DNA of 7,750 nucleotides from a virus (Duplodnaviria; Heunggongvirae; Uroviricota; Caudoviricetes): IMG/VR virus record IMGVR_UViG_2671180577_000001, positions 1 to 7,750 of that record; one strand, 5' to 3'. Shown piece by piece: positions 6,381 to 7,750 of this stretch (position 1 is its first letter; each line of letters starts with the position of its first letter). The notes under the pieces were generated by a model. It saw only the letters and a program-made list of their open reading frames with translations, ran no database searches and was not told where the DNA came from. The position numbers and the translations under genes were made by a program.

Positions 6381-7139
6381 ATGAGTTGTAAGCCAATGTT
6401 ATCATCTTGTATTGGGGTGGTTATGAAGGATGGTGCGCTGCTCAGGAGTTCTTCACTTTTTATTGCCTACATGGGATGCCTTGGATGGGGGAGTGCTTAT
6501 TTCTATGGATGGGGTACTTCTTTTTACTACGGCTTCCCATGGTGGATTGTAGGTGCAGGTGTTGATGATGTTGCCAGAAGTTTATTTTTTGCAGTTATCG
6601 TCATTGCTATATTTCTTATCGGTTGGGGTATTGGTGTTGTATTCTTTTTCGCAGTGAAAAGAAAACATTCTATGCAAGAGCTAAATGTATTTCGCCTTTA
6701 TTTTGCTGTGGAATTATTGTTTGTGCCGGCAATTATTGAGTTTTCTATATTGAGACAGAAGATTCAGGTACCTCTTTTGCTACTGTCAGCAGCGATTGCG
6801 CTGGCGGTTACAATTTCGATAAGATCTTATGGGCGATTTTTATCGGTATCATGCTTCTATGATAAGCCATTTATAAAAAAACATTTTTTTGAGATTGTGA
6901 TGATTGCTTTTGTGGCATATTTCTGGCTTTTTTCATTTCTGACAGGATATTACAAACCACAGTTTAAGAAAGAATATGAAATGATTAATTATAATGATGG
7001 TTGGTATTATGTTCTTGCTCGTTATGATAATTGTCTGGTTTTGTCTACTTCTTTCAATGCAGGTAGTAAAAGGTTTGTCATTTATCAATCAGCACAAGAT
7101 AAGAATCTTCAGGTTGATATTGTAAGGACCAGAATTTAA
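6381..7139 (+). CDS. Polytopic inner-membrane protein (252 aa from ATG 6381; alternative in-frame starts at 6396 and 6423), about five predicted TM helices plus a roughly 60-aa C-terminal soluble domain; cargo gene of unknown function
   Basis: Long ORF with strongly hydrophobic segments (e.g. SLFFAVIVIAIFLIGWGIGVVFFFAV, VPLLLLSAAIALAVTISI, FFEIVMIAFVAYFWLFSFL). It is visibly much more AT-rich than the neighbouring phage genes. It lies directly downstream of Q/PR' with no intervening terminator. Confidence 0.7.
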   Translation: MSCKPMLSSCIGVVMKDGALLRSSSLFIAYMGCLGWGSAYFYGWGTSFYYGFPWWIVGAGVDDVARSLFFAVIVIAIFLIGWGIGVVFFFAVKRKHSMQELNVFRLYFAVELLFVPAIIEFSILRQKIQVPLLLLSAAIALAVTISIRSYGRFLSVSCFYDKPFIKKHFFEIVMIAFVAYFWLFSFLTGYYKPQFKKEYEMINYNDGWYYVLARYDNCLVLSTSFNAGSKRFVIYQSAQDKNLQVDIVRTRI

Positions 7140-7386
7140 TTGGCTGCATAAATAATATTTTAAGTTGCAAGTTGGCTATTCGTAGGAATAGAACCTTAGG
7201 CATGCTGAATGCGTTTTCTGAACATTGTTTTATAAACTGTGTCTGCTTGCTGTTGTGATCCTGCTTTTAGTGATGGTGATGATGGATTTCACCAGCAGGA
7301 TAATGTTGGTACTGACTGATGGCGCTCTGGTCTGCGGCATTGTGGTATTGCTGTGGCCGATGATGAAAAAACAGAATGAATAATCC

Positions 7387-7415
7387 TTGACTTTTTTGTT
7401 TACTGTTTATTAAAA
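7387..7415 (+). promoter_or_regulatory. Candidate sigma70-like promoter (TTGACT -35 with a weak A/T-rich -10)
   Basis: TTGACT at 7387-7392 followed 15-18 bp later by TATTAAAAAA. The architecture resembles the PR' -35 region upstream (both begin TTGACTTTTT). The -10 match is weak. Confidence 0.3.
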
Positions 7416-7569
7416 AATCAACCGCATGGTGAATCCTCCTTGGAGGGGCTAAATGATCGAGTTTTAAGGGCACGTAGCGAGTTCTGTTTGATCATTGCAG
7501 AACTTAGCGGGAGGCGCCATGCGTACATCACTAATGTTATTTCCTTCTATCATTTTCCTTGTGAGTTCT

Positions 7570-7596
7570 GGCTGCGCATGGCGCGGCCTTTTTTTT
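7570..7596 (+). terminator. Rho-independent terminator
   Basis: GC-rich 8-bp stem GGCTGCGC (7570-7577) / GCGCGGCC (7581-7588) with one G-U wobble and loop ATG, followed by eight consecutive T (7589-7596). Confidence 0.7.
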
Positions 7597-7682
7597 ATGA
7601 CCTGCCACTGGCAGATGGCCATCCTGTAATTTGATTCCGGTTCCGGCTTTTTAACTCTGCTCCTGTACACGGGAGAAATTCG

Positions 7683-7750
7683 ATGTCGATTAAACATTAT
7701 GATGTTGTCAGGGCGGCGTCGCCGTCAGACCTTGCGGAAAAGCTGACACA
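7683..7750 (+). CDS. Start of an unidentified gene (3' end outside the window); N-terminus MSIKHYDVVRAASPSDLAEKLT
   Basis: ATG at 7683 preceded by GGGAG at 8-nt spacing (cacGGGAGaaattcgATG). The frame is open to the window end (22 codons). It lies downstream of the terminator at 7570-7596. Too short to identify. Confidence 0.45.
   Translation, partial: MSIKHYDVVRAASPSDLAEKLT

Noticed and set aside
7267..7473. Minus-strand ORF ending in a run of histidines (…GEIHHHHH), resembling a His-tag
   Set aside because: The His codons are the reverse complement of the GTGATGGTGATGATGG stretch at 7270-7285. The ORF has no ribosome-binding site and overlaps the candidate plus-strand small ORF and promoter, so I treat it as a translation artefact and not as vector sequence.
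7519..7629. 36-codon ORF with a good Shine-Dalgarno and a lipoprotein-like signal (MRTSLMLFPSIIFLVSSGC...)
   Set aside because: It reads directly through the strong terminator hairpin and T8 tract (7570-7596) and would leave only about 17 residues of mature peptide. It is more likely untranslated or a regulatory leader than a real lipoprotein.
7440..7697. Plus-strand ORF 7440..7634 (TTG start) and minus-strand ORF 7464..7697
   Set aside because: Non-ATG or unsupported starts, both spanning the intrinsic terminator, and the minus-strand ORF overlaps the well-supported start at 7683.
1..7750. Looked for tRNA genes (common between Q and lysis genes in lambdoid prophages), CRISPR repeats, IS elements and integrase/att sites
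   Set aside because: No tRNA-like T-arm motif with an acceptor/CCA arrangement, no regularly spaced direct repeats, no terminal inverted repeats bounding a transposase-like ORF, and no integrase were seen by eye. Only the phage mosaic junctions described above are present.

Overview
This window is the replication / nin / late-regulatory segment of a lambdoid (lambda-like) phage or prophage, with all genes on the + strand. Identifications are from reading the translated ORFs and comparing against lambda and DLP12 from memory; no search or alignment was run. Left to right: the C-terminal part of replication initiator O with a lambda-type origin iteron and AT-rich tract inside it, helicase loader P, Ren, a tR2-like intrinsic terminator, two small unknown ORFs, a divergent NinB, and a NinE-like ORF cut short after about 26 residues. 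Next comes a promoter–gene–terminator cassette encoding an unassigned 335–355 aa protein, then a translationally coupled block of Roi-like (Rha-N/KilA-C) protein, YbcO-like, RusA, NinH and lambda-type Q. Downstream of Q is a lambda-like PR'/qut region, then a visibly AT-rich gene for a polytopic membrane protein in the slot where lambdoid phages carry cargo such as Stx toxins. The window ends with a promoter-like element, a strong intrinsic terminator and the start of an unidentified gene. The two best candidates for an undescribed accessory or defence function are the nin-region cassette (2675-3955) and the membrane-protein gene (6381-7139). I found no tRNA, rRNA, CRISPR array, IS element or integrase.
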